Source of the DNA: a virus
DNA: 64,000 bases
IMG/VR virus record: IMGVR_UViG_3300035698_006566
Reading direction: 5' to 3' (one strand)
This document shows positions 14,963 to 24,275 of the stretch, one piece after another. A program made the position numbers and the translations under genes. Below the pieces are notes generated by a model. It did not search any database and had not been told where the DNA came from. It saw nothing but the letters and a program-made list of their open reading frames with translations. Each line of letters opens with the position of its first letter. Position 1 is the stretch's first letter.

Positions 14963-17185
14963 ATGAGATACTCACGCTTCCTTTGCTTAGCTATCATCGT
15001 GATGGTTATGCTCTCATCAGTTAATGGAGATACAGGGAACCTACCAATGGTCCACACCGAGTTCCCCTCCGCTCATATTGACTACTACTTCTACTGCCCC
15101 CACCCAGAACAAGTTTACCTGGACAGGGCAAAGTCTTACGCATCAATGGTCACCTATGGTTCACCATATGACTTCAGTCAAATCGGTGACGTACCCCACG
15201 CTGTGACCCTCCATTACCGATTCTTTCAGTATAAGCAATGGATGACAGTACTGGGGGCACTAAGGAGTGATGGCCAACAGGAGTTTGCCGACATTGATGA
15301 GTTCGCCGCTATCAGAGGATATGATGTTGAGGACTTCTATCTACATTGGGCTGAACCTACTCGAATAGTCCGAACTGACCTAGTAGAGGGTTGTGAATTG
15401 ATAGTGGACTATGATGGGGCGGGCACCACAGTCTACCCATGTGATAGTGACTCATACTACGTGCCGGGTGATCGAGCTATATCCTTAGTGTGGGGCGACT
15501 TTTATATGAACTACAACTATGCCTACCAAGGTCTGATCGACTTCATGATAGAGAGAACAGAGGTTGATCTCATTATTACCCCTGACATCCGAGGATACTT
15601 CCAAGATGTGCTCAACGGCCCATTGCTTGATACCTTCTGGGGCATTCAATACGGTGGAGGGCTAGTAGAGTTTGGCGGCGACACCCCAATAGAGATCTGG
15701 AACAGTGGGGAAGACCATGCTCGACTGAAGGATTACCAGACCCAACTAGATGACTCGTTCCCCGGGGTAGTGTTTATGCCTAATAGCGGCAACTACCTAC
15801 ACGAGAAGGTAGTGCAGGTCATGGAAGCTGGGGATGGGACTCACAGTGAGATGCTCAACTACCACAATAGCCCATTTATGGTGGGTGCCTGGGACGTAGC
15901 GGATAGGCTAGCGGCCAGGGGTCAGTACTACACCTACCACACCACCTGGACTGGCCAGGATCCAATAGACAGAGCTGCATCCTACTGGATGGCTTATCAC
16001 CCAGGGTATGTAGCTATCAACTTTGGTGATGCATGTTACCTGACTGAAGATGCCCCAGCTGTACTACGGGCTGACATTGGACAACCAGAAGGTAACCACT
16101 ACCTATTCTCCATGGGTGTCTACGCCCGGGAGTACACTGATAACCACTACGTGTTCTTTGCTACATCGACAACCGTAATTGATTTGGGGGCTGAGTACCA
16201 CAGACTCACTAACCAAGGAGATTGGGATGGCCCATACACTACCTCTCTATACCTAGGACCTGGGGATGGGGCAGTGATAGTGCTGGGTGAACCCATGGGA
16301 GATGACGATGATAACGACACAGCAACAGGGGACGATGACAATGACACAAGTTATGATGATGACACTGGGGATGATGACGATACCGGGGACGATGACGACG
16401 ACGATGATGATGACGATGATGCCACTGGTTCCAGCATTCTGGTCTTTTACCATCACAGTGTAGGGAGTTGTTACATAGATAATGGACTCAGGGCTGTAGT
16501 AGAGGATCATGGATTTGAGTTCTATGAAGAGTACTTCGGGCTAGAGACTAACTGCCCGTGTTCATTACGTAATTGGTTCTATGACCACACAGAGGCCATG
16601 GTGGATACAGTCCTATTAAAATCCTGCTTTCACTGCTCCAACCTATGGGGTCAGGGGGAGGCTGACGCTATAGAAGTATGCTACCAAGATCTACTGGATC
16701 TAGCCTATACCAACGGGGCTGATGTACTATTCATGAGCCCTAGCCCATATGCACGAGAAGAGATGGAGGCGAATGGTTGGAGGGCTAACGCCCAACTTGG
16801 GGCTAACACCTATGATGTATTGGAGGGAACCTTTAACCTGTTGAATGCAAACAGGATACTTAGGGATGAATCCCTACCTTACCTAGACGAAGCGTGGCAA
16901 CAAGCACCATATGAGTCACACCCCAACAACGCTGGGTGTGCTGAAGTAGTCTCTGAGTTTGGTAACTGGCTACCATATGCTATGGGTGACGATGATGACG
17001 ACGATGATGACGACGATGACCTGGCACCCCCAGAGTTCTGTTGCACCCCTGAGCCCGAGGGATGCTACTGGGAAGACAACTGCCAATGGTATGCCCCATG
17101 CCCTGAAGGAACATACCCCCAAGAGGAACTAAATGAGTGCGAACCGGATGTCGGTTGTGGTATGATCTCTTACGGTCAATTCTGA
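14963..17185 (+). CDS. secreted 740-aa protein with poly-Asp tracts and a Cys-rich C-terminus
   Basis: signal peptide MRYSRFLCLAIIVMVMLSSVNG after a GGAG RBS; two runs of 10+ Asp; CxC-rich tail. Confidence 0.6.
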   Translation: MRYSRFLCLAIIVMVMLSSVNGDTGNLPMVHTEFPSAHIDYYFYCPHPEQVYLDRAKSYASMVTYGSPYDFSQIGDVPHAVTLHYRFFQYKQWMTVLGALRSDGQQEFADIDEFAAIRGYDVEDFYLHWAEPTRIVRTDLVEGCELIVDYDGAGTTVYPCDSDSYYVPGDRAISLVWGDFYMNYNYAYQGLIDFMIERTEVDLIITPDIRGYFQDVLNGPLLDTFWGIQYGGGLVEFGGDTPIEIWNSGEDHARLKDYQTQLDDSFPGVVFMPNSGNYLHEKVVQVMEAGDGTHSEMLNYHNSPFMVGAWDVADRLAARGQYYTYHTTWTGQDPIDRAASYWMAYHPGYVAINFGDACYLTEDAPAVLRADIGQPEGNHYLFSMGVYAREYTDNHYVFFATSTTVIDLGAEYHRLTNQGDWDGPYTTSLYLGPGDGAVIVLGEPMGDDDDNDTATGDDDNDTSYDDDTGDDDDTGDDDDDDDDDDDATGSSILVFYHHSVGSCYIDNGLRAVVEDHGFEFYEEYFGLETNCPCSLRNWFYDHTEAMVDTVLLKSCFHCSNLWGQGEADAIEVCYQDLLDLAYTNGADVLFMSPSPYAREEMEANGWRANAQLGANTYDVLEGTFNLLNANRILRDESLPYLDEAWQQAPYESHPNNAGCAEVVSEFGNWLPYAMGDDDDDDDDDDDLAPPEFCCTPEPEGCYWEDNCQWYAPCPEGTYPQEELNECEPDVGCGMISYGQF

Positions 17186-17208
17186 CATAAGGAAACTAAT
17201 AACAACGA

Positions 17209-17280
17209 TTCGGGATAGTTCAGTGGTAGAACATCGCACTGTTAATGCGAGCGTCGCAGGTTCGATCCCTGCTCCCGGAG
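17209..17280 (+). tRNA. tRNA-Asn(GTT)
   Basis: U1-A72, discriminator G, anticodon loop CTGTTAA; genomic CCA follows. Confidence 0.75.
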
Positions 17281-17286
17281 CCAAAT

Positions 17287-17439
17287 ATGGAGGACCACGG
17301 TATGGTACAGAATAACACAAATCTAAACGTCCATACCGTGGCCCAGCTAATAGCCCTTAAGAAGAAATATGAGCGAGCCAAGCAGAGGAGGAAAGATGCC
17401 AAAAAGAAAGCTGACGAAGCCGACAGTGAAGTTGGGTAA
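17287..17439 (+). CDS. small basic protein (50 aa)
   Basis: ATG right after the tRNA; track ORF 17245.. overlaps the tRNA. Confidence 0.3.
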   Translation: MEDHGMVQNNTNLNVHTVAQLIALKKKYERAKQRRKDAKKKADEADSEVG

Positions 17440-17505
17440 ACTCCCCGGCTCACTAAATGTAGGCAAGGATAGTTTGACTGAGAGAACGGCGGAGAAGCTG
17501 ATACA

Positions 17506-17916
17506 ATGGAGAGAGAAATGGATGAAGCGGTCAAGGAAGGTCAGGGAAATGAGAGCCAACCCAAAACTAAAGACAATATGGGGATTGATGCGAGGCACGC
17601 GGCGACGTGGTGGTCAATAAGTGCAATGGGGATGGCTTGCGGTCTAACCCACCCTTATGAATGGCTTATCAACTACGTCAGGTCCTACCTACATATAATT
17701 CCATACCACAAGATCCGAGAGGTGGAGAGACAAGCTAATGAGGCTGCCCTAGCTTTCTTCACTGCTTCCTCATCCTGCCCTGAAGAGACAAAAGAGTGGG
17801 AAGAGGGAGGCATTGACTACATGTACATGGTCATAGATGCGTTCTATGCCGAAGGTTCTAAGAGGGCGGTGGCGAAAAGAGCGGAAAAGAAGAAGGCGGA
17901 AACTGACATAAGATAA
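17506..17916 (+). CDS. hypothetical protein
   Basis: ORF track 136 aa; the overlapping alternative frame 17369..17620 is not resolved. Confidence 0.35.
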   Translation: MEREMDEAVKEGQGNESQPKTKDNMGIDARHAATWWSISAMGMACGLTHPYEWLINYVRSYLHIIPYHKIREVERQANEAALAFFTASSSCPEETKEWEEGGIDYMYMVIDAFYAEGSKRAVAKRAEKKKAETDIR

Positions 17917-17960
17917 TCAACGGTAGAACTAGGTAGAATAACCCACAGTAGGAGAGACCC

Positions 17961-18278
17961 ATGCCGACCATCATGCTCACAGATCCGGCCAAGATAGCGG
18001 ACAAATTCAACAAGGTCAATGAAGAGAAGCGTGTCTATAACTTCGATGACAACTCCACCCTGACCATCAATAACGTTACCGAAATATATGTGCGGAGCGG
18101 TGTCCACTACATCACATCCAAGCAGGCGAATTTCTCAGAGGAAGAGGGAGGGGTACCCCACACCATCGGCTACATCATCTACGTACACCCCCGCTACGCC
18201 ACACACGTCAGATTCATCAAGATGGACTTCGGACCCGGTGGATACTGGAGTGCAGTGCCGGAAGAAGAATGGGAATAG
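17961..18278 (+). CDS. hypothetical protein
   Basis: ORF track 105 aa; GGAGAG RBS. Confidence 0.45.
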   Translation: MPTIMLTDPAKIADKFNKVNEEKRVYNFDDNSTLTINNVTEIYVRSGVHYITSKQANFSEEEGGVPHTIGYIIYVHPRYATHVRFIKMDFGPGGYWSAVPEEEWE

Positions 18279-18526
18279 ATATGGATGACATGGGCCACAA
18301 TGCCACAGAAGAGGAACAGTTTGCGTTGGCGATATCGGCTATCCCAAAGCTGAAAGATGCAGAGCTGTACGACCCAGATGTAGCAAGGATGGTGTTCCAC
18401 ACTCTGAGGAATTTCAGGCTGGACATGGCAAGAGATCCACTAGTCGCAGCATCATTTCTGGTGCAAATAGTACCCAGGGTAGATACTGGGGTATTGTTTG
18501 ATGTCATTGCGCGGTTAACCAAGTAA
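18269..18526 (+). CDS. small protein homologous to the C-terminal domain of structural-module ORF 52903..53628
   Basis: DPLVAASFLVQIVPRVDTGVLFDVIARL versus DPLVAASFVKQIAPRVDTGVVHDVVSRI. Confidence 0.45.
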   Translation: MGIDMDDMGHNATEEEQFALAISAIPKLKDAELYDPDVARMVFHTLRNFRLDMARDPLVAASFLVQIVPRVDTGVLFDVIARLTK

Positions 18527-18558
18527 ACGTGCTAGAATGCATGACCGAGTGGGGTTAT

Positions 18559-18631
18559 GGGGGCTTAGCTCAGATGGAAGAGCGTCTGTTTTGCAAGCAG
18601 AGGGTCACCGGTTCGATCCCGGTAGTCTCCA
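18559..18631 (+). tRNA. tRNA-Ala(TGC)
   Basis: G3-U70 identity pair; anticodon loop TTTGCAA; discriminator A. Confidence 0.8.
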
Positions 18632-18664
18632 CTACACCTCACTCGGTCATGCCAAAGTAATCCA

Positions 18665-18835
18665 ATGAAAACCTATATTTGTAAATGCGGCGGAGAGATA
18701 TCACGCATGATTGACCCTGATGGGGAGATTATGCAATGCCCTCATTGTAAGCGGACCTACCCCATTACTTGGTTAGAAGAGAATGGAGAGTTGGTTGAGG
18801 ACGACGATAAACCGGTTGTGTCTGGGAGGAACTAA
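18665..18835 (+). CDS. Zn-ribbon small protein (56 aa)
   Basis: CKCGGE...CPHCKR pattern; not in ORF track (<60 aa). Confidence 0.4.
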   Translation: MKTYICKCGGEISRMIDPDGEIMQCPHCKRTYPITWLEENGELVEDDDKPVVSGRN

Positions 18836-18902
18836 GGAGGACGATAGAGTAGCGGATTGAGTAACAGATACTGAAACGGATATTACCAAAGGACAATCAA
18901 AG

Positions 18903-19256
18903 ATGCCTGAAATGACGGAAATCACACTACCCGGTGGATTGATAATCAAAGGGACCAAAGAACAACTCGACGAAGCATTGGCTACACTACGCGCCAAGAT
19001 TGATGATGGTGTACACTACCTCAGCGCCTCCAGAGGTGTGTTGAACATTGACGAAATGCACCCCAATCATATCAAGAACGCCATCCTCCGGATCTATCTG
19101 GACTGGCTGGAAGACAAGCGCAACCTGGACTGGCCTGAATTCTTCAATGCCATTGCCATGGGCCCTGACTCCAATACCATGAAAGCCCTGGTCAAGACCT
19201 GTTATGAAAAGACCATGCCCACTGCGGAAGCCGCTGCGGCAGATACTGGTAGCTGA
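18903..19256 (+). CDS. hypothetical protein
   Basis: ORF track 117 aa. Confidence 0.45.
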   Translation: MPEMTEITLPGGLIIKGTKEQLDEALATLRAKIDDGVHYLSASRGVLNIDEMHPNHIKNAILRIYLDWLEDKRNLDWPEFFNAIAMGPDSNTMKALVKTCYEKTMPTAEAAAADTGS

Positions 19257-19258
19257 CC

Positions 19259-20392
19259 ATGCCTGGAGTAGACATAGCGGTATCCTTCGATACTACTGGG
19301 TCAATGTACCCATGCCTCATGGAGGTGAGACGTAAGGTTCAGGAAATGATACCCCAACTATTCGCAGACATCCCTGATCTGCGTATGGCTATCATGGCAC
19401 ATGGGGATTACTGTGATGTGGACAACCCCTACATTACTTCCCATATTGACTTCACCAACAACACAGACCATCTGAGTAAGTTCGTTAACGAAGTGCCCAA
19501 GACCTATGGAGGGGACACCGAAGAATGTTACGAGCTGGTCATCAAGAGGGTCAGGGAAGAGCTGAGCTGGAGAGAGGATGCTGAGACAAAGGTTTTCATA
19601 CTGATTGCCGACTCTATCCCACACTCTCCTGATCAAGCTCTGGTCCAAGGCGGTGTTAAACTAGACTGGGAGACAGAGGCACTTCAAACCCGGGATAAGG
19701 GCATTATGATCTATGGGGTTCAATGCCTCAACTACAGAGGGGCTACCGCCTTCTACAATCGGATCGCTTCCTTATCCAATGGCCTCAAGCTAGACCTGCC
19801 ACACTTCAGTGATGTGGTAGAGACCCTCATGGCTATCTGTTACAAGCAGGCGGGCCCTGAGCAGCTTGATCAGTATGAGCAACAACTGGTTACCACAGGC
19901 CGTATGAACAGGGCACTAGCTAACCTCATGGACTCCTTGACCGGTAGACGCAGGGAAGACAGATCACATGCTGTTGTGTACGAGACCAGAGCGGACACGG
20001 CAGTGATGGATGGTAGGTTCCAAGAGCTACATGTTGATGTGAACAGGCCCATAAAGGAATTCGTGTCCATGACTGGCGCGGAGTTCAAAACAGGCCGGGG
20101 ATTCTACCTGTTCACAAAAGCTGAGACTATTCAGGAAGGCAAGGAAGTCATCCTGGTACACAATGAAACAGGGGACAAGTTCGTGGGGGAAACCGCCCGC
20201 AACATGATTGGGTTACCCTACGGTCAACGAGACAGAATCAGCAAGAAAGACATGGACTACCGTCTGGTGTCTAAAACTGGATCATCCAACTGGACTATCT
20301 ATGTCCAATCCACATCCCACACCCGGAAGCTAATTGGAGGAACCACGTTCCTGTATGAAGTGGATGGCTGGGCAGGAAGGGAAGCTGCATGA
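19259..20392 (+). CDS. von Willebrand factor A (vWA) domain protein
   Basis: MIDAS-like D-x-T-x-S (SFDTTGSM), later GGDTEE and FILIADS. Confidence 0.6.
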   Translation: MPGVDIAVSFDTTGSMYPCLMEVRRKVQEMIPQLFADIPDLRMAIMAHGDYCDVDNPYITSHIDFTNNTDHLSKFVNEVPKTYGGDTEECYELVIKRVREELSWREDAETKVFILIADSIPHSPDQALVQGGVKLDWETEALQTRDKGIMIYGVQCLNYRGATAFYNRIASLSNGLKLDLPHFSDVVETLMAICYKQAGPEQLDQYEQQLVTTGRMNRALANLMDSLTGRRREDRSHAVVYETRADTAVMDGRFQELHVDVNRPIKEFVSMTGAEFKTGRGFYLFTKAETIQEGKEVILVHNETGDKFVGETARNMIGLPYGQRDRISKKDMDYRLVSKTGSSNWTIYVQSTSHTRKLIGGTTFLYEVDGWAGREAA

Positions 20393-20646
20393 AGTTGAAG
20401 GTGATCAGGTATACCCACCATGGGGTAAACGTGGCGGTGCAGAAGAAGCTGATAGGCAAACATCGAGAACATTGCCTATGTTACGGGTGTAGTGAGTACA
20501 CCAACCCTGACCAAGGGGTTGATGATGGGGATGTGGCACGTCTGAGAGAGCTCAACTGTAAACGTGCAGAACTACTGTACGCCATGTCCCGTCAACTAGG
20601 TATGGTGTTCCCGGTATGGGAATGCCCCGAGTTCATGTCACTGTAA
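20389..20646 (+). CDS. hypothetical Cys-containing protein
   Basis: ORF track 85 aa. Confidence 0.4.
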   Translation: MKLKVIRYTHHGVNVAVQKKLIGKHREHCLCYGCSEYTNPDQGVDDGDVARLRELNCKRAELLYAMSRQLGMVFPVWECPEFMSL

Positions 20647-20694
20647 TCAATTACAATTGGGGGTGGATCTTCACCCCATTTCTTTTAGACAAAG

Positions 20695-21114
20695 ATGAGG
20701 ACTATCATGCCTGACAAAAGAGTGTTCTTAGGTGGAACTTGCAACGACTCGAAGTGGAGGGAAGACCTAGTTGAGCCATATCTGAGTATAGACTACTTTA
20801 ACCCGGTGGTAGAGGACTGGACGCCGGAGTGTATGGCCCACGAGATCTATGAGCGGGAGAACTGTGATTGGGTCGTGTACATGCTCACCCCACTGATGGT
20901 TGGGTTCTACTCTATCGCTGAGGTTGTTGATGACTCCAACAAGAGACCGGGTAAGACAGTATTCTGCCTACTACATGAAGACCAGCATTGCAGTTGGACA
21001 CCCAAGCAGCTCAAGTCGTGGAAGGCTGTTATGGATCTGCTGTCCAAGAACGGTGCCTGGGTATTCGATAATGACGTAGACGGTATGTTGAACGTACTCA
21101 ACAACCAGGAATAA
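20695..21114 (+). CDS. hypothetical protein (possible nucleoside 2-deoxyribosyltransferase-like Rossmann fold)
   Basis: RVFLGG...W...L; weak family assignment. Confidence 0.4.
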   Translation: MRTIMPDKRVFLGGTCNDSKWREDLVEPYLSIDYFNPVVEDWTPECMAHEIYERENCDWVVYMLTPLMVGFYSIAEVVDDSNKRPGKTVFCLLHEDQHCSWTPKQLKSWKAVMDLLSKNGAWVFDNDVDGMLNVLNNQE

Positions 21115-21116
21115 CT

Positions 21117-21401
21117 ATGGACAAAACAGCTCTAGAAGAGGTGGCTAACGAGAGAACGCACCAAGATGAGAAATGGGGCGGGCCCAACCATGACGACTAC
21201 CACTCAGCCGCTGATTGGATAACATTCCTAAGTGTATACTTGGGTAAGGCTGCTTGGGGTGCCACCTGGGACGTGACGTTCAAGATGGACCTATCCAAAT
21301 TCAAGGCGAACATGAGGAAAATAGCGGCTCTGGGCGTGGCGGCCATGGAATGGTGTGACAGACAGGAGGCATCCAAAGATGGTGATAAAGAACAGAACTA
21401 A
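21117..21401 (+). CDS. hypothetical protein
   Basis: ORF track 94 aa. Confidence 0.4.
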   Translation: MDKTALEEVANERTHQDEKWGGPNHDDYHSAADWITFLSVYLGKAAWGATWDVTFKMDLSKFKANMRKIAALGVAAMEWCDRQEASKDGDKEQN

Positions 21402-21912
21402 GAGACTATCCATCTACCGTGGGTTACCTGGGTCTGGCAAGTCAACAAAGGCTAGGGAGTCAGGTGCCATCATAGTAGAGCCCCAGGACCAGTGGGCCTG
21501 TCAGGAAGGGGACTACGCATTAGACCTGACATATGGTGAGTGGGACATGACCATGGCTAAGTCATACCGACTCGTTGACTTCTTAATGAGGGAAGGGTAT
21601 GACATAGCTGTAGCAGAAGTCTTACCCAAGTTAGAGGATGTTGACCCTTACCTACTACTAGCCCACATTCATGGATACAATGTAGACGTGGTTGATCTGC
21701 ACTGTGAGTCCTTGGATATAAACGAGAGTAGGTCAACCCATGATGTCCCACTATGGAGACTACAAGTGTTCCAGGAAGCTTGGGAAGACTGGGATGGGAC
21801 ACACTATAAATATAGCAAGATCAGTTTTGAGAAAGCGGGTGAACTATACGACGCACTACTGGAGGGCCTAATCAATGTACGAGATCCAATTCTATGTAAA
21901 TCCAGAGGCTAA
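21379..21912 (+). CDS. P-loop NTPase (AAA_33 / kinase-like)
   Basis: Walker A GLPGSGKST; ATG 21379 preceded by GGAGG. Confidence 0.5.
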   Translation: MVIKNRTKRLSIYRGLPGSGKSTKARESGAIIVEPQDQWACQEGDYALDLTYGEWDMTMAKSYRLVDFLMREGYDIAVAEVLPKLEDVDPYLLLAHIHGYNVDVVDLHCESLDINESRSTHDVPLWRLQVFQEAWEDWDGTHYKYSKISFEKAGELYDALLEGLINVRDPILCKSRG

Positions 21913-22207
21913 TAAAGACCCAGACTTCGAAAGCTGGTTAGCTCGAAGGCTGTCTTACCTCATTGAGGGCAACCCTACATTTATCAGGACAGATGATATC
22001 GAGGCAAGGCGGTTCAACCTAGGTATGTCCAATGATTGGTGGTTGTACCTCCCGTCGGCGGATATGCCGCGCAACAAGTTCAGATTAGCCTACAGGTATG
22101 GTGGTGGTCACATCGACAAAATGCTGGCACTGAAGACAGTTATCCTGTGGAGGTTGGGCATTGGTCAATTCAACGATCCTGATGTCGAGGGTTCCATCAC
22201 AGAATAG
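21875..22207 (+). CDS. hypothetical protein
   Basis: ORF track 110 aa. Confidence 0.4.
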   Translation: MYEIQFYVNPEANKDPDFESWLARRLSYLIEGNPTFIRTDDIEARRFNLGMSNDWWLYLPSADMPRNKFRLAYRYGGGHIDKMLALKTVILWRLGIGQFNDPDVEGSITE

Positions 22208-22227
22208 ATATGATATACTTCACTGGT

Positions 22228-22310
22228 CGGAGGGTCGGACATTGGCGTGTCAAACAGTCTTGAAAACTGTCCCGGGTTAAACCGGTGTGGGTTCGACTCC
22301 CTCACCCTCC
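22228..22310 (+). tRNA. tRNA-Ser(TGA)
   Basis: class II; anticodon stem ACAGT/ACTGT, loop CTTGAAA; long variable hairpin; U73; genomic CCA follows. Confidence 0.7.
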
Positions 22311-22353
22311 TCCAACCAATCAAACAATCCCATTTACATACAGAGGAAGACCT

Positions 22354-22890
22354 ATGTCAGAGCACAGAGTTCAGATTAATGCGGAAGATGTGGAAAGAGT
22401 AGAAAGAAGAATCCTTGATGGGTACGACACCCCGGATGAAGTTGAAGTAGACTTTGATCAAGTGATCAAGTCAGTAGCCTCCTTTACGGTTAAGGGCACT
22501 GGGCTACTCGCCACCTCCGCCTTCATGTCTCATGTAGATTACCACAGCCTACAGATCCAAAAGGCTTTGGGGGCGACCGGCCAAGCAGATATCGGGTTGG
22601 GGATGGTGTCTCTACTCGGTGGAGACCCTTCAATGGCGGTACTCAAAGCCACTGCCGGTCTGGTTAAGGAAACTGCCGAGGGCAATGAATACATCAACGT
22701 TGCCATCACCGAGAATAAGGAAGGTGACAAAGTAAAGTGTGTCGTCACTTTCGAGGCTGACTATGAAAAGGACCAAGAGTTCATGGATGACCGTCTGGTT
22801 GATGAAGCCAGGGATGCCAAGGTGTTCCTGACCAACATCCACGCAGATGTTCTTGAGAAAATGGCCGCAGCCGGGGAGTTAGATGGATGA
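22354..22890 (+). CDS. hypothetical protein
   Basis: first ATG after the tRNA (MSEHRVQ...); track ORF 22285.. overlaps the tRNA. Confidence 0.5.
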   Translation: MSEHRVQINAEDVERVERRILDGYDTPDEVEVDFDQVIKSVASFTVKGTGLLATSAFMSHVDYHSLQIQKALGATGQADIGLGMVSLLGGDPSMAVLKATAGLVKETAEGNEYINVAITENKEGDKVKCVVTFEADYEKDQEFMDDRLVDEARDAKVFLTNIHADVLEKMAAAGELDG

Positions 22891-23150
22891 AGATAGATAA
22901 GGGTGGGGTGGTCGTAGAAAGTAGGGATGAAGCCGACCAAATCATGTACGACCTGGAGCACCTGAGTAAAAAGGGTCTATGGCCGGGGACCGACCATGTA
23001 GAAATACCACGGTGGGCTTTATTGATCCATAGGGATATGTTTGATGCTGCCTTGTCCGCAGGACCTGCCTCCGGCCATGTTAGAGAGGCTGCCCTTTGGG
23101 GTGTGGCTAAATATGCCATGGACCATATAGGCGAGCATGTCCACGGGTAA
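22887..23150 (+). CDS. hypothetical protein
   Basis: ORF track 87 aa. Confidence 0.4.
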   Translation: MKIDKGGVVVESRDEADQIMYDLEHLSKKGLWPGTDHVEIPRWALLIHRDMFDAALSAGPASGHVREAALWGVAKYAMDHIGEHVHG

Positions 23151-23487
23151 GTCTTTGGTTATGGTCCTGAAGTATAGTGTTTCTCGTAACACCTTCAGGG
23201 CCTGGACCAACTTGACTAAAGAGGAACTGACTAATCTAGTGGTCAGGTGGGTAGCCTCCCAGACAGATGGGCCCGACTATTCAGAACCCAATAAACAAGA
23301 AGAATACACTATCAAGCTAGCGTTTGAAGGAGATGAGATCGACGACTACTTCTTCAAGACAGACTGTGGCAACATGGGCCTACGTGATGGGTTGCTAACC
23401 AAGTTTGTTAAAGAGCTAAGTGAGAACAATGTGGAATTCACAGAAGAGGTGCTAGACGATGCCGACAGAACTGAGGGGAACATTTGA
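23137..23487 (+). CDS. hypothetical protein
   Basis: ORF track 116 aa. Confidence 0.4.
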   Translation: MSTGKSLVMVLKYSVSRNTFRAWTNLTKEELTNLVVRWVASQTDGPDYSEPNKQEEYTIKLAFEGDEIDDYFFKTDCGNMGLRDGLLTKFVKELSENNVEFTEEVLDDADRTEGNI

Positions 23488-23887
23488 CAAAGAGGGTAAC
23501 CTTGAAGATTACGAGGAATTACCGGAAGGGAGTGAGATGAAGGGACAACCGATATTATGTGTAGACTGGGATGGAACCCTAGTTGAGTATGATAACTGGG
23601 AGAGTGATGGTAATCGTATCCGGGAGTTTAAGCCTGGGGCGGTGGAGTCACTCAAGGCATTATCCCGTAAATTCGATATCTGGATCTTCAGTACTAGGTT
23701 CAACCCGATCAAGGGACGTACCGATTATGTCCGTAAAATCAAGGGTATGATACGTGAGGCTCTGGAAAACGAAGGAATACTGGTAGGTGGCCTAACCCAT
23801 GAAAAAGGTCCGGCACAGTGGTTCATAGATGACAGGGCCATCGAATTCAAGGATAATTGGAGAGAGATAACCAAAAGGCTGATGTAA
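23459..23887 (+). CDS. HAD-superfamily phosphatase (Pnk-phosphatase-like)
   Basis: motif I ILCVDWDGTL (DxDGT). Confidence 0.55.
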   Translation: MPTELRGTFDKEGNLEDYEELPEGSEMKGQPILCVDWDGTLVEYDNWESDGNRIREFKPGAVESLKALSRKFDIWIFSTRFNPIKGRTDYVRKIKGMIREALENEGILVGGLTHEKGPAQWFIDDRAIEFKDNWREITKRLM

Positions 23888-23987
23888 AATGTTTGCAATC
23901 CCACTCGCATTATTGGTAGTATCCCTTACAGCGGTTATGTTCCTAATGTCAGTGGGGTTGCGGATTTACGCAGAGATAAAGAATTGA

Positions 23988-24059
23988 TCGGGGATAGCTC
24001 AATGGAGGAGCAACAGGCTTTGAACCTGTCGGTTGTGGGTTCGAATCCCACTCCCCGAT
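23988..24059 (+). tRNA. tRNA-Gln(TTG)
   Basis: U1-A72; anticodon loop CTTTGAA; T-loop TTCGAAT. Confidence 0.7.
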
Positions 24060-24083
24060 TAACCAACTACTGAAGGAGGAGAC

Positions 24084-24257
24084 GTGAGTTCCCCAGTTAT
24101 AACCGAGGAGTGTATTGCGTGTGGCGTCTGTCAGGATGAATGCCCGGAAGGTGCTATCTGGTACGACGAGAGTAAAGAGATATTTGTCATTGAGTCCGAG
24201 AGGTGTAAGGGCCACGAAGTCTGCAAAGAAGTGTGCCCAGTTTATGCCATAAGATAG
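24084..24257 (+). CDS. bacterial-type 4Fe-4S ferredoxin (57 aa, GTG start)
   Basis: CIACGVCQDECP (CxxCxxCxxxCP) plus CKGHEVCKEVCP; GGAGGAG RBS 5 nt upstream; absent from ORF track (short). Confidence 0.55.
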   Translation: MSSPVITEECIACGVCQDECPEGAIWYDESKEIFVIESERCKGHEVCKEVCPVYAIR

Positions 24258-24275
24258 ACAATACTACTAAGTTAT

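Noticed and set aside
16253-16510. Hydrophobic minus-strand ORF antisense to the poly-Asp tract
   Set aside because: GTC/ATC repeats from antisense GAT/GAC runs; lies inside the long secreted-protein gene.
17369-17620. 83-aa basic ORF overlapping ORF 17506..17916 in another frame
   Set aside because: Cannot decide between the two frames from sequence alone; the longer, more complex ORF was kept.
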